Source: Thermomonospora echinospora
GTDB taxonomy: Bacteria; Actinomycetota; Actinomycetes; Streptosporangiales; Streptosporangiaceae
Length of the DNA: 64,000 nt
NCBI RefSeq assembly: GCF_900108175.1
Contig: NZ_FNVO01000009.1
Location: forward strand, 102,744-166,743
Direction: 5' to 3'
Shown here: positions 1-10,044 of the stretch, in pieces
How the letters are laid out: each line of letters starts with the position of its first letter
How positions within the stretch are numbered: position 1 is the stretch's first letter
Translations under genes and position numbers: made by a program
The notes under the pieces: generated by a model
Told to the model about the DNA's origin: nothing
Seen by the model: only the letters and a program-made list of their open reading frames with translations
The model's database searches: none

Positions 1-2
1 TC

Positions 3-98
3 GCCGGAACGGACCGCGACCACCTGGCCACCACCGCCCGCGTCACCCGCGCCGACCTGGACCTGCTGGTACCACCCCGCACCCGCCCGGCCCTCTGA
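3..98 (+). CDS. 3' end of an unidentified gene (partial, frame 3, ...DRDHLATTARVTRADLDLLVPPRTRPAL*)
   Basis: Open frame runs from the window edge to TGA at 96-98 and reads as a plausible protein C-terminus. It is too short to identify. Confidence 0.25.
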   Translation, partial: AGTDRDHLATTARVTRADLDLLVPPRTRPAL

Positions 99-134
99 CG
101 CGGCACCCACCGCGCCCCCTCACCCGGCAGATCC

Positions 135-197
135 CGCCGATCTTGACGTTATTGGACTCTGAACCGCGTTCAGACGACCACAACGTCAAGATCGGCG
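135..197. repeat. Nested perfect palindrome, copy A (arms CGCCGATCTTGACGTT...AACGTCAAGATCGGCG; inner palindrome CTGAACCGCGTTCAG at 159-173)
   Basis: Read directly from the sequence. It lies between the stop of the partial + gene and the 3' end of the - strand ligase (convergent gene ends). Two more copies lie at 23473-23535 and 23588-23649. Confidence 0.9.
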
Positions 198-234
198 AAG
201 GTCTGTAGGCGCCGCAGTAGGCGCCGACGGGCCG

Positions 235-1857
235 CTAGGCTCCGGCGGGGCCGGGGGGCAGGTCCCTGCGGACGATCTTGCCGGTGGCGTTGCGCGGCAG
301 TTCGTCGAGGAAGTGCACGTCCCTGGGCACCGCGAACCTCGCCACCCGGTGGCGGGCGTGCTCGCGCACCTCGTCGGCCGTCAGTTCCACGCCCGGCTTC
401 AGCACCACGTAGGCGGCCAACCGCTGCCCGAAGTCGGTGTCCGGGACGCCGACCACGGTGGCCTCGCGCACCTGGGGCAGGTCGTTCAGGACGTCCTCGA
501 CCTCGCCGGGGAAGACGTTCTCCCCGCCGGAGACGATCATGTCGTCGTCGCGGCCCTGCACGAACAGCCGGCCCCGCTCGTCGATCCGGCCCAGGTCGCC
601 CAGGCTCATCAGGCCGTCGTGCATCTCCTTGGCCGCGCCGTTGGTGTAGCCGGCGAACAGCAGTTCGTTGGCGGCGAAGATCCGCCCGACCGTGCCCGGC
701 GGCACCGGCCGCCCGCCGGAGTCCAAGATGGCCAGCCTGGTCCCGGGCGGCGGGGTGCCGGCCGTGTCGGGGTGGTGCCGCAGGTCCTCGGGGGTCGCGA
801 TGGTCACCCAGGACGACTCGGTGGACCCGTAGAGGTTGTAGAGCACGTCGCCGAAGGCGTCCATGAACCTGGTCGCCAAGCCGCCGGGCAGCGCCGACCC
901 GCTCACCGCCACCACTCGCAGCGCGGACAGGTCGGGCATCTCCTCGGCTCCGGCCTCGGCCCGCCACTCCAGCATGCGCTGCAGCATCACCGGCACCGCG
1001 ACCAGCACGGTGGCCCGGCTGACGGCGGCGGCCCGCAGGCTGCCCTCCGGGTCGAACCGGCGGCGCAGCACCATCGTCGCCCGTAGCGCGATGGCCATCT
1101 GCAGGTTGGCGTAACCCCAGGTGTGGAACAGCGGCGCCTCGATGAGCACCGTCTCGTGCACCCGCAGCGGGATCCGGGAGAGCATCGACGCCAGCGGGCT
1201 GAGGCCCGGCCTGGAGTGCCGGTCGGCTCCCTTGGGCCGCCCGGTCGTCCCCGAGCTGAGCACCACGGTGCGGCCGGGCCTGGGCGGCGGGGCGAGGCGG
1301 GCGTCACCCGCCCGTTCGATCAGCCCGGCCAGGTCCGAGCCGGGGCCGTCGGCGGTCAGGGCGCGCACCGTCTCCGGGGCGCCCTCCAGGACGCCGGTGA
1401 ACTCCGCGTCGGCGACGAGCACCTCGATCCGCTGCTCGTCCAGCACCTTCAGCGACTGCTCGGCGCTCATCCCCGTGTTGAGCAGAACGACATCGGACCC
1501 GAGCTTGCTGCACGCCACCAGGGTCTCCACCATGCCCCGGTGGTTGCGGCACAGCACCGCGACCCGCGGTCTGGCCCCGCCCTCGCCCAGCGCCGTCGCC
1601 AGCCGGTCGGTGCGGGCGTCCACCTCCGCGTAGGTCAGCGCCCCGTAGTCGTCCACGATCGCCGGCCGGTCGGGGTCGCGGGCCGCCGCCGAGATGAACG
1701 ACCCGCCCAGCGTGGTGCCCCACCGCCGGAGCCCGGCCAGTTGCCGCGCCACCCGCGTCGGGTGTCCCGGCCGCCACAGTCCGCTGCGCCCGAACATGAC
1801 GGCGATCCTGAACGCCGCTCCGGCCCGCCGTCCGATCCCGGCCTTTTCCGCCACCAC
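235..1857 (-). CDS. AMP-dependent synthetase/ligase (acyl-CoA synthetase family)
   Basis: Shows the SSGTTGRPKG AMP-binding motif and a C-terminal GEVEDVL...VVGVPD...PRNATGKIVRR motif. A GTG at 1857 is preceded by GGGAGACGGAGAG. An alternative ATG (MFGRSG) lies near 1797. Confidence 0.85.
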   Translation of the reverse strand: MVAEKAGIGRRAGAAFRIAVMFGRSGLWRPGHPTRVARQLAGLRRWGTTLGGSFISAAARDPDRPAIVDDYGALTYAEVDARTDRLATALGEGGARPRVAVLCRNHRGMVETLVACSKLGSDVVLLNTGMSAEQSLKVLDEQRIEVLVADAEFTGVLEGAPETVRALTADGPGSDLAGLIERAGDARLAPPPRPGRTVVLSSGTTGRPKGADRHSRPGLSPLASMLSRIPLRVHETVLIEAPLFHTWGYANLQMAIALRATMVLRRRFDPEGSLRAAAVSRATVLVAVPVMLQRMLEWRAEAGAEEMPDLSALRVVAVSGSALPGGLATRFMDAFGDVLYNLYGSTESSWVTIATPEDLRHHPDTAGTPPPGTRLAILDSGGRPVPPGTVGRIFAANELLFAGYTNGAAKEMHDGLMSLGDLGRIDERGRLFVQGRDDDMIVSGGENVFPGEVEDVLNDLPQVREATVVGVPDTDFGQRLAAYVVLKPGVELTADEVREHARHRVARFAVPRDVHFLDELPRNATGKIVRRDLPPGPAGA

Positions 1858-2071
1858 CGCTCTCCGTCTCCCGCCGGCACATGGGGACGGCCGTCCCGCC
1901 GGCGCCGGCGAATGCCGAGAGTAGGCAGCGGAATCGGCCGATCGCCATGAATCCGGCCCACCCGCCGGTCTCGTCTTTTATCACCCAGTTGACATATCTC
2001 CGTCACCGCGTGCCGCTAACTTCCTCGCCCACGGAAATCGTCCCGGTGGTCTGTCCGAGCAGCCCTCGGGG

Positions 2072-2662
2072 GTGGTCAAAGGAAGCACATGCGTTGACCC
2101 GGGGCCGTGGCGTCCGCACGATGGCGGCATGGATGATCGGACGGCCGCCGCGCTGGACCTGCTCGCCGGACGAGGTGCGGAGGAGATCGCACATCCCGGC
2201 GGAACACTGCTGGCTCACCTTCAGCGCGTCCACGCCATGCTGGAACGGTGGCGGGTACGTCCGGCGGTGCGGCTGGCGGGGCTGTGCCACGCGTTCTACG
2301 GCACGGACGGGTTCGCCACCGCGCTGGGCGAGACGAGCCGCCGGGCGGAACTGGTCGCGTGCATCGGCGAGGAGGCCGAGAACCTCGTCTACTTCTACGC
2401 GAGCTGTGACCGCGCCTCCTCCTATCCGGAACTGGCGCGCGGCGGGCCGTTCCGGGACCGCTTCAGCGGCGAGCGGTCCGATCCCCCGCCCGCCGCCCGC
2501 CGTGACTTCGCGGAGCTCACGGTGGCGAACGAACTGGACCTCGTCGAGATCAACCCCGAGTTCCGCGAACGGTACGGCCCCGGGTTGCGCGACCTGTTCA
2601 CCTCCTGGGACGCGCTGCTCGGCGACGCCGCCCGGCACGCCGTCCGCACCGTACTGCCCTGA
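2072..2662 (+). CDS. Hypothetical protein (196 aa, non-repetitive, conserved-looking LLAHLQRVHAMLERW...HAFYGTDGF motif)
   Basis: The ORF lies between two - strand genes with no overlap. A GTG at 2072 follows a GGGGG tract, and an alternative ATG (MDDRTAA) lies at 2129. Its composition looks like a genuine globular protein. Confidence 0.5.
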   Translation: MVKGSTCVDPGPWRPHDGGMDDRTAAALDLLAGRGAEEIAHPGGTLLAHLQRVHAMLERWRVRPAVRLAGLCHAFYGTDGFATALGETSRRAELVACIGEEAENLVYFYASCDRASSYPELARGGPFRDRFSGERSDPPPAARRDFAELTVANELDLVEINPEFRERYGPGLRDLFTSWDALLGDAARHAVRTVLP

Positions 2663-2699
2663 TCCGCCCGACCACCCTGACAGCGGGCGAGCGGCCCGC

Positions 2700-5600
2700 C
2701 TACGAGACCGTCTGCCCGCTCCAGGGCCCCAGGAAGTCCGCCGGGGTCTGCCGGAGCGCTTCGCCGAACGCCTCGTCGCCCAGCGCGGCACGGATTCGCC
2801 GGGTGACCCGCTCGACGTCGCCCCGCTCGCCGTCCGGCAGCGGCGCCCCCACGGACTCCCGGATCCCGGCCGCCTCACCGAGCAGCCGCGCGGCCTGCCG
2901 CGGGTCGCCCGCCAGCGAGTGCGCCCCCGCCAGCCCTTCCAGCGCCAGCGCCACGGCCCGGGGATCCCCGGACGGCCCCTCGTCTTCGGCGTGGCCGGTG
3001 GCGGCGGCCAGGGCCTCGGTGTGCAGGGCCAGGGCCGCCTGCGCGTCGCCCCGCTGTTCGGCGACGAAGCCCAGCTCGGCCAGGACGAAGGAGACCCCGG
3101 CGTCGCCGTTCACCTGACGGAGCCACGCCAGCCAGCGGCGCAACTGGCGGTCGGCCTCGTCGAGCCGGCCCTCGCGACGGGCCACCAGGCCCAGGCCGAC
3201 GCCGGCGTACTCCTCGGCGGACTTGTCACCGTGCTCGGCGGCCAGCCGGCCGGCGCGGTCGTGCAGTGCGCGCGAGCCGGCCAGGTCGCCGGTGAGCAGC
3301 GCGATCCGGCCCAGGCCGGACAGCGCGAACGACACCTGCCCCCACAGGCCCAGGTCCTCGGCGACGCGCAGGATCTCGCCGCGGAGCCGGGCGGCGCGGT
3401 CGTAGTCGCCGACGATCTCGGCGTGCTTGCCCAGGGCGTCGGTGGCCTCGATCAGGCCCCAGTCGTCGCCGAGGTCGCGGAAGAGGGCCCGGCTGCGCTC
3501 GGCGTCGCGTTCGAGGGCGGCCAGGTCAGCCCGGCTCAGGGCCAGCTTGGCGCGGGTGCCGAGCGCGGCGGCCGTCCCCCACCGGTCGCCCAGGAGGCCG
3601 AAGGTCGCCAGCGCTCCGTCCAGCCGAGTCTCATGCGCCGACAGGTCGCCATAGGCCCAGCGGACGAACGTCAGGAACCACTCCGCCCTGGCGTGCCCCG
3701 CCCGGTCGCCGGTCTCCCGGTAGTGCGCGAGCGCCGCCTCTCCCTCCTCGGCCGCGCCGAAGTCGTCCCCAGCGGCCACCTCCATGCCCGCTCGCCAGCA
3801 CATGGCCTGGGCGCGGACGGCGGCGGGCGCCGGGCCATCGATCGACAGCGCCAGGGCGAGCGAGCGGCGGGCCTCGCCCAGCCGCCCCCGCAGGTACCAG
3901 TACCAAGCCAGCGCGTTGACCAGGCGCAGACCCTGGTCGGCGGCATGCCGGCGGGCCGCCCATTCCAGTGCGCCGCGCAGGTTGGCGGCCTCCAGGTCGA
4001 GCAGTTCGAGCGACCGCCGCTGCCCGCTACCGCGCAGCGACGGCTCGGTGCTCACGGCCAGGTCGGTGTAGTAGCGCAGATGCCGGTCCCGGACCCGCGC
4101 CTGCTCCCCCGCCTCCTCCAGGCGTTCGGCGCAATATGCGGCCACCGACTCCAGCAGGCGGTAGCGCACCTCCCCGGAGCCCCGCGGGGCCGCCACCACC
4201 AAGGAACGGTCCACCAGGCGTGACAGCAGGTCGGGCACGTCCGCCCGCTCGACGCCGTCGCCCGCGCAGACCGTCTCGGCGGCCTGGAGGGTGCAGCCGT
4301 CGGGGTGAACGGCCAGCCGGCGCAGCACCGCGCGCTCCGGCCCGGTCAGCGGCTCCCAGCTCCAGTCGATCACGGCGCGCAGCGTCCGCTGCCTGGCCGG
4401 GGCGTCGCGCCGCCCGCCGGTCAGCAGCCGGAACCGGTCGTCCAGGCGGGCGGCCAGTTCCCGCACGCCCAGCGCCCGTACCCGGGTGGCGGCCAGTTCC
4501 AGCGCCAGCGGCAGGCCGTCCAGCCGCGCGCAGATCACCGCGACCGCCGGGCCGGTGCTCTCGTCGAGGATGAATCCGGGCGCCGCGGCGGCGGCCCGCG
4601 CCGCGAACAGCCGCACCGCGCTCGACTCCGGCGGCCCGCCTGCGGGCGCCGCCGGATCGGGCAGGTCCAGCGGCGGGACGGCCTGGACCCGTTCTCCGGA
4701 GATCCCCAGCGGTTCTCGGCTGGTGGCCAGGATGCGCAGCTCCGGCGCCGTCCGCAGCAGCAGCGCGGTCAGCTCGGCGGCGGACTCGACCACGTGCTCG
4801 CAGTTGTCGAGGACGAGCAGCACCCGCCTGCCCCGCAGCGCGGCGGCCAGGTGCGCGGCAGGTTCGAGGCGGCGCCGGCCGGGGGGAGGTCCGGACGCCG
4901 CGTCGTCGCGGACGTCCAGCACGGCCCCCACGGCCTCGGCGACGGACGCGCCCGGCTCCAGCGAGGCGAGTTCGACCAGCCACACGCCGTCGGGGAACTC
5001 ATCGGTGAGCCCGGCGGCCGTCGCCAGGGCCAGCCGTGTCTTGCCGACCCCGCCCGGCCCGGTGAGCGTCACCAGCCGGTCGGTCTCCAGCAGCGCTGTC
5101 GCCCGGCGTACGGCCTCCGCCCTGCCGATGAGGTCGCCGAGCTGGGCGGGCAGGTTGGTACGGGGACGCTCGGCGGCGGGGGCGAGGGCGGGATCCTGCC
5201 GGAGCATCGCCTGGTGGAGCGCCACGAGCGCGGGGCCAGGGTCCACGCCCAGTTCGTCGGCCAGCCGCTCGCGTAGTTCCCGGTAGCCCGCCAGCGCCTC
5301 GCCCTGCCGGCCGGCTCGGTAGAGGGCCAGCAGATGTGCGGCGCGCAGCCGTTCCCTGAGCGGGTGCCGGGACACCGGATCCGCCAGCTCGCCCGCCAGC
5401 AGGGCGTGCTCTCCCAGCTCCAGGCGAGCCTCGGCCTGTTCCTCCAACACCAGCAGCCGCTGCTCCTCCAGCCCGGCGATCTCCGCCTGGAGGAACGGGG
5501 CGTCGGCGAAGTCGGCGAATGCGGGCCCCCGCCACAGCGCGAGCGCGTCCGACAGCAGCCGCACGCGGGTGCGCGGGTCGGTGGCCCGCCGCGCCCGCTC

Positions 5601-5930
5601 GGCCAGCAGGCCGAAGCGCCCGGCGTCCACCGCGTCGGCGCCCACCTGTAGGGCGTAGCCGCCCGCCCGCCGGATGACGAGGGCGCGGGCCCCCGGTTCG
5701 GCGGCCTCCAGCGCCCCGCGCAGCTGGGAGACGCGGGCCTGGAGGGTGGCGGCGGGGCTGCGGGGCGGGCGGCCGGGCCACAGGTCATCGACCAGCCGGT
5801 CCGCCGGTACGGGGCGTCCCCGGTGGGCGAGCAGATCGGCCAGCAGGGCGCGGACCTTCACCTCAGGCACCCTGACCGGTTCGCCGCCGTCCGTCCACAC
5901 CGCCAGCGGACCGAGCACCCCGAAGCGCAC
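2700..5930 (-). CDS. SARP/AfsR-family transcriptional regulator (OmpR-type winged helix + BTAD + NB-ARC-like ATPase + TPR)
   Basis: N-terminus MRFGVLGPLAVW...VPEVKVRALLADLL...LVDDLWPGRPP is the canonical SARP DNA-binding plus BTAD region. A P-loop GPGGVGKTRLA and C-terminal TPR-like repeats follow. Many shadow ORFs on the other strand are ignored. Confidence 0.85.
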   Translation of the reverse strand: MRFGVLGPLAVWTDGGEPVRVPEVKVRALLADLLAHRGRPVPADRLVDDLWPGRPPRSPAATLQARVSQLRGALEAAEPGARALVIRRAGGYALQVGADAVDAGRFGLLAERARRATDPRTRVRLLSDALALWRGPAFADFADAPFLQAEIAGLEEQRLLVLEEQAEARLELGEHALLAGELADPVSRHPLRERLRAAHLLALYRAGRQGEALAGYRELRERLADELGVDPGPALVALHQAMLRQDPALAPAAERPRTNLPAQLGDLIGRAEAVRRATALLETDRLVTLTGPGGVGKTRLALATAAGLTDEFPDGVWLVELASLEPGASVAEAVGAVLDVRDDAASGPPPGRRRLEPAAHLAAALRGRRVLLVLDNCEHVVESAAELTALLLRTAPELRILATSREPLGISGERVQAVPPLDLPDPAAPAGGPPESSAVRLFAARAAAAAPGFILDESTGPAVAVICARLDGLPLALELAATRVRALGVRELAARLDDRFRLLTGGRRDAPARQRTLRAVIDWSWEPLTGPERAVLRRLAVHPDGCTLQAAETVCAGDGVERADVPDLLSRLVDRSLVVAAPRGSGEVRYRLLESVAAYCAERLEEAGEQARVRDRHLRYYTDLAVSTEPSLRGSGQRRSLELLDLEAANLRGALEWAARRHAADQGLRLVNALAWYWYLRGRLGEARRSLALALSIDGPAPAAVRAQAMCWRAGMEVAAGDDFGAAEEGEAALAHYRETGDRAGHARAEWFLTFVRWAYGDLSAHETRLDGALATFGLLGDRWGTAAALGTRAKLALSRADLAALERDAERSRALFRDLGDDWGLIEATDALGKHAEIVGDYDRAARLRGEILRVAEDLGLWGQVSFALSGLGRIALLTGDLAGSRALHDRAGRLAAEHGDKSAEEYAGVGLGLVARREGRLDEADRQLRRWLAWLRQVNGDAGVSFVLAELGFVAEQRGDAQAALALHTEALAAATGHAEDEGPSGDPRAVALALEGLAGAHSLAGDPRQAARLLGEAAGIRESVGAPLPDGERGDVERVTRRIRAALGDEAFGEALRQTPADFLGPWSGQTVS

Positions 5931-6030
5931 CCGGCCAGCGTATCCGGCCGCCCGTAGCCGTCCCGAAGCGATTCCGAAGGGCCGGTCGCCATGGTGGGGC
6001 CGTCACGACACGACACGACGGGAGACCGCG

Positions 6031-6936
6031 ATGCACAACGGGGACGCGCCGGTGACGGTGATCGGGCTGGGCGCGATGGGCGCGGCGATGGCGGAGGCGT
6101 TCCTCAAGGACGGGCGGCCGACGACGGTGTGGAACCGCACGGCGGCCAAGGCCGACCCGCTGGTGGACAAGGGTGCCCAGAGGGCGAGCACTCCCGCCGA
6201 GGCCCTGGCGGCGGGCGAACTGGTGGTGATCAGCCAACTGGACTACCCGGCGATGTACGACACGTTCGCCGGCGCCGAGGCCGCGCTGGACGGGAAGGTG
6301 CTGGTCAACCTCAGCTCAGGGACCCCGCAGGAGTTGCGGGAGGCGGCCGGCTGGGCGGCCGGGCACGGCGCCCGGCTCGTCACGGGCGGGATCATGGTGC
6401 CGCCCCCGGGGATCGGCACGCCGGACTCCTATGTCTTCTACAGCGGGCCCGAGCCGGCGTTGGACACCCACCGCAAGACACTGGAGACACTGGGCGCCGT
6501 CACCTACGTCGGCGCCGACCCCGGCCTGGCGATGCTCTACTACCAGGCGATGCTCATGATGTTCTGGTCGACCCTGACCTCCTACTTCCACGCGGTGGCG
6601 CTGGTGGGGTCGGCGGGCGCCACGGCCGAGGACCTGCGGCCCTTCGCCGCCAGGCTGTACGGCCAGCTCACCGGGGACGGCCCGATGGGGTTCCTGCCGA
6701 TCCTCACCCGGGAGATCGACGCCCGCGAGTACCCCGGCGAGCAGAACAGCCTGCACATGCAGGCGGTGGGCGCGGCGCACGTGGTCGAGGCGTTCCGGGA
6801 CGCCGGGCTGCACACCGGGATGCCCGGCGCGCTGCGGGATCTGTTCGCCCAGGCGGACGCCGCCGGGCACGGGGCCGAGGGCCTGACCAGCGTGATCGAG
6901 GTGATCCGGGACCCGCAGGCGGCCTCCGGGCGGTAG
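6031..6936 (+). CDS. NAD(P)-dependent oxidoreductase of the 6-phosphogluconate-dehydrogenase-like beta-hydroxyacid dehydrogenase / imine reductase family
   Basis: Shows a VTVIGLGAMGAAMA Rossmann motif. Size is about 301 aa and the fold pattern is typical of HIBADH/IRED. The ATG at 6031 is preceded by GGGAGA. It is divergent from the SARP gene. Confidence 0.8.
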   Translation: MHNGDAPVTVIGLGAMGAAMAEAFLKDGRPTTVWNRTAAKADPLVDKGAQRASTPAEALAAGELVVISQLDYPAMYDTFAGAEAALDGKVLVNLSSGTPQELREAAGWAAGHGARLVTGGIMVPPPGIGTPDSYVFYSGPEPALDTHRKTLETLGAVTYVGADPGLAMLYYQAMLMMFWSTLTSYFHAVALVGSAGATAEDLRPFAARLYGQLTGDGPMGFLPILTREIDAREYPGEQNSLHMQAVGAAHVVEAFRDAGLHTGMPGALRDLFAQADAAGHGAEGLTSVIEVIRDPQAASGR

Positions 6937-7088
6937 GGGCCCGCGGCCGGCGGTGACGGAGGGGGTGCCTCCATTCGGCCGGGACGGCACGGCGACGGCG
7001 GCCGCGCGTGGCGCGGCCGCCGTCGTGTGGTGCGGGTCGGGTGCGGAGGGGTGGGCCACGCCGGGTGGCCCGCCCTCCGGGTGCCCTA

Positions 7089-7967
7089 TCAGGAGTTGGG
7101 GCAGGTGTCGCGGTAGTCGGAGATGTCGCCGATGGCGCGAGGGGCCGGGCACAGGAACTGGTCGTAGCGGGTGTCGTCGTCGATGTACCGCTTCATCCAG
7201 CTGATCATGTACTTGGCCATGGTGGTGTTGGAGACCTGCGGGAAGAAGTGGCTGGCGTTGTCCAGCTCCAGGTAGGCCTTCTCACGGGCGTTCGACAGGC
7301 TGTTGTAGAAGGGGATGGAGTGGCTGGCGACCGAGGCGACGGCGTCGGACTCGCCGCCGATGATCAGGGTGGGGGTCCGCACCTCGGGCCAGGTCTTGTC
7401 GGTGTTCCAGGGAGCCAGCGGGATGGCGGCCTTGAGTGAGGTGCGGTCCTTGGCGGCTTCCAGGGTGCCGCCGCCGCCCATGGAGTGGCCGGCCACCGCC
7501 AGGCGGGAGGCGTCGACACGGGTGCGGACCGAGCTGCGCTGGGTGAGGTAGTCCAGGGCGGCCAGGAGCTGGTCGCCGCGGCTGGCGGGCTGGTCCAGGG
7601 TGGTGTTGGTCTCGATGCCGATGACCACGAAGCCCTGGGAGGCCAGGCGGGGGCCGAGCCAGTCCAGGCTGGACCAGTAGGCGGTGAAGCCGGGGGAGAT
7701 GGCGATGGCGCCGAAGGTGCCCTCGCTGGTGGTGGTGGGGTAGTAGATGACGCCGCCGCCGAAGCCGGTCACGCTCAGGGACGAGACGGTGGTCTGCGAG
7801 GTGGCGAACGGGCCGCGCACCGCGGTCACGCTGGACTCGGTCGGGGCCGGCCCACGCTCATAGGGGTTGGCCGCCGCGTTCGCGGCCGGAGCCGCGACGA
7901 TGGCGCTGCCGGCCAGGGCCAGCAGCGCGGGGAGGGTCCGCAGCTTGCGCGCCAGGTTCGTGTTCAT
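7089..7967 (-). CDS. Secreted cutinase / polyester (PET) hydrolase, dienelactone-hydrolase fold, close homolog of the Thermobifida fusca TfCut2 / LCC type
   Basis: Has a signal peptide ([31 protein letters not shown]). The mature N-terminus ANPYERGP follows. The catalytic Ser lies in GHSMGGGG, with Asp in GGESDAV and His in DNASHFF. The Cys pair FLCPAP...YRDTCPNS is conserved. Start MNTN has the RBS GGAGAAAGGA. Confidence 0.9.
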   Translation of the reverse strand: MNTNLARKLRTLPALLALAGSAIVAAPAANAAANPYERGPAPTESSVTAVRGPFATSQTTVSSLSVTGFGGGVIYYPTTTSEGTFGAIAISPGFTAYWSSLDWLGPRLASQGFVVIGIETNTTLDQPASRGDQLLAALDYLTQRSSVRTRVDASRLAVAGHSMGGGGTLEAAKDRTSLKAAIPLAPWNTDKTWPEVRTPTLIIGGESDAVASVASHSIPFYNSLSNAREKAYLELDNASHFFPQVSNTTMAKYMISWMKRYIDDDTRYDQFLCPAPRAIGDISDYRDTCPNS

Positions 7968-8237
7968 CGGTCGGGTCGTCCTTTCTCCTGCGCCCTCGGC
8001 GGGGCGGGGGGTGCCGAGGACTTCCAGGAGTCTTGGTGTGGACGCACCCATCCGGCATCGGTGAAATCACCGGCCGTATGCGAAACCCCAGGATCGGCGG
8101 CGTTCGCTGTGAACGACCACAGCGGGCGGCGGGACCGGCGATGCGCGCCGACAGTGTTGGCGCCTTCCGATTGACCGCCCACCTTCGGCGGACGACCCTG
8201 CTGGAACTCCGGCGCCGAGCTGGACGCATGTGTCGAA

Positions 8238-9989
8238 ATGGGGGCGAGCGTGAGCGGACGTCACAGCAGCCGGCCGGGCCATCCGGACCCGTCCGACGGA
8301 TGGACGGTGAGCTCCGGTCAGGGGCGCCCCGTCCCGCCGACGCGCCGCTCCGACCGCCGGTCCCGGCGTCGCGGCCTGGCCGCGGTGGCGGGGATCGTGG
8401 CGGCGACGGCCCTGGTGGGCGGGGGATGCTACGCGTTCGCCGGATCTCTCGGCTGCGTCACGCGCGGCGCCCTGGAGCTGAACGTCACGGTGGCGCCGGA
8501 GCTGGCGCCCGCGATCAAGGCGGCGGCCGACCGGTTCAACGGGCAGCGGCATGTGACCGGCGGGCGCTGCGTCGAGGCGGTGGTGCGTTCCGCCGACCCG
8601 CAGGCGGTGGCGACGCTGCTGTCGGGCTCGGGCAGCTCACGTGACGCCGGGAGCATCCCGGACGTGTGGATCCCCGACTCGTCCCTGTGGGCGAACCTGA
8701 CCCCCGGTGACGGCTCAGACGGCTCACCGGCCGCGGTCCGGATGCCGCAGCCCGGGTTCTCCATCGCCGAGACGCCCATCGTCGCCGCGGTCCCGCGTTC
8801 GGTGCGCGGGGTGGGCGCCACCGCCCCGCCGAGCTGGGAGCGGCTGCTGACCTCGGGCGGGAGCAAGGCGCGGATGCCCGATCCCGGCCGGCACGCGGTC
8901 GGGCTGGGCACGCTGATCGTGATCCGCTCCGTGCTGGCCGGCGACCGCGACGCCACCGCCAAGTTCACCGGCATCGTCCGGGGCCTGCGCGAGAGCGTCG
9001 TCCCCGACGTACGGGCCCAGTTCGCCCGGGGCGTCGGCGACCGCGTCCTGATCACCTCCGAGCAGGCGGTGCTCGGGCACAACCGGGATCGGCCCGCCGA
9101 ACGGTTGCAGGTCGTCCGGCCCGCCGAGGGGACGGTCGTCCTGGACTACCCGTACACGCTGGTCGCCGACGACGAGGACAGGAGCGCCGCGGCCCGGCTG
9201 TTCGAACGGGAGGTGCGCGGCGGCCAGACCCGCCAGAGCCTGCGCGCCCTGGGGCTGCGCACCACGGGCGGGACGGAGGCCGCCGGGATGGGGCTGCTGC
9301 CCGTGCCCAAGGCCGAGGACGTCCGCCAGGCCCTGCAGGCGTGGGCGAAGCTGTCGCTGACCACCCGGATGCTCTCCCTGATCGACGTCTCCGGGTCGAT
9401 GATCGAGCGGGTGCCGGGCACCAGGGCCACCCGGTTGCAGGTCCTCGCGCAGGCCTCGCAGATGGGGTTGGCGCTGCAGCCCGACGACACCGAGCTGGGG
9501 CAGTGGGTGTTCTCCACCAACCTGGACGGCCGCCGCGACTGGCGGGAGAACGTGCCGCTCGGGCCGCTGGGCGAGCGGATCGGCTCGGTGACCCGGCGGC
9601 AGCGCATCCTCAGCGCGCTGTCGTCGCTGCGGCCCAAGCCGGACGGCGACACCGCGCTGTACGCCACGGTGCTGGCCGCGTTCACCCACATGCGCGAGAC
9701 CTACAAGCCCGACATGGTCAACACGGTGCTGCTGATGACCGACGGCCGCAACGACGACCCCGACGGCCCCACGCTGAGCCGGACGCTGGCCCAGTTGCGC
9801 AAGGAGTACGACCCCGACCGCCCGGTCCAGGTCGTCATCATCGGCTTCGGCGACGAGGTGGACCGTAACGAGCTGGAGCAGCTGGCGCGGGCCACGCATG
9901 GCAGCGTGCACATCGCCCACACGCCCGCGGACATGAAGAAGATCTTCCTGGCCGGCACCGCCCGGCGGGTCTGCTCGCCCCGGTGCTGA
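8238..9989 (+). CDS. Putative Tat lipoprotein with solute-binding-like N-domain and C-terminal von Willebrand factor A (vWA) domain
   Basis: Carries RRSRRRGLAAVAGIVAATALVGGGC (twin-arginine motif, hydrophobic stretch, lipobox Cys). The C-terminus has the vWA MIDAS-like LIDVSGSM...TALY...LLMTDGRND pattern. The exact start is uncertain. Confidence 0.75.
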   Translation: MGASVSGRHSSRPGHPDPSDGWTVSSGQGRPVPPTRRSDRRSRRRGLAAVAGIVAATALVGGGCYAFAGSLGCVTRGALELNVTVAPELAPAIKAAADRFNGQRHVTGGRCVEAVVRSADPQAVATLLSGSGSSRDAGSIPDVWIPDSSLWANLTPGDGSDGSPAAVRMPQPGFSIAETPIVAAVPRSVRGVGATAPPSWERLLTSGGSKARMPDPGRHAVGLGTLIVIRSVLAGDRDATAKFTGIVRGLRESVVPDVRAQFARGVGDRVLITSEQAVLGHNRDRPAERLQVVRPAEGTVVLDYPYTLVADDEDRSAAARLFEREVRGGQTRQSLRALGLRTTGGTEAAGMGLLPVPKAEDVRQALQAWAKLSLTTRMLSLIDVSGSMIERVPGTRATRLQVLAQASQMGLALQPDDTELGQWVFSTNLDGRRDWRENVPLGPLGERIGSVTRRQRILSALSSLRPKPDGDTALYATVLAAFTHMRETYKPDMVNTVLLMTDGRNDDPDGPTLSRTLAQLRKEYDPDRPVQVVIIGFGDEVDRNELEQLARATHGSVHIAHTPADMKKIFLAGTARRVCSPRC

Positions 9990-10044
9990 GCCCGGATGCT
10001 GAAGCCCGGGTGCCGACCCGCCGGGACCGGTCAGCCGGGACCGG

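Noticed and set aside
1881-4223. 780-aa + strand ORF and a series of 200-320-aa ORFs on both strands between 2.7 and 5.9 kb
   Set aside because: They are entirely antisense to, or out of frame with, the SARP regulator gene. They are Arg/Pro/Ala-rich, typical of high-GC shadow ORFs, and have no motifs.
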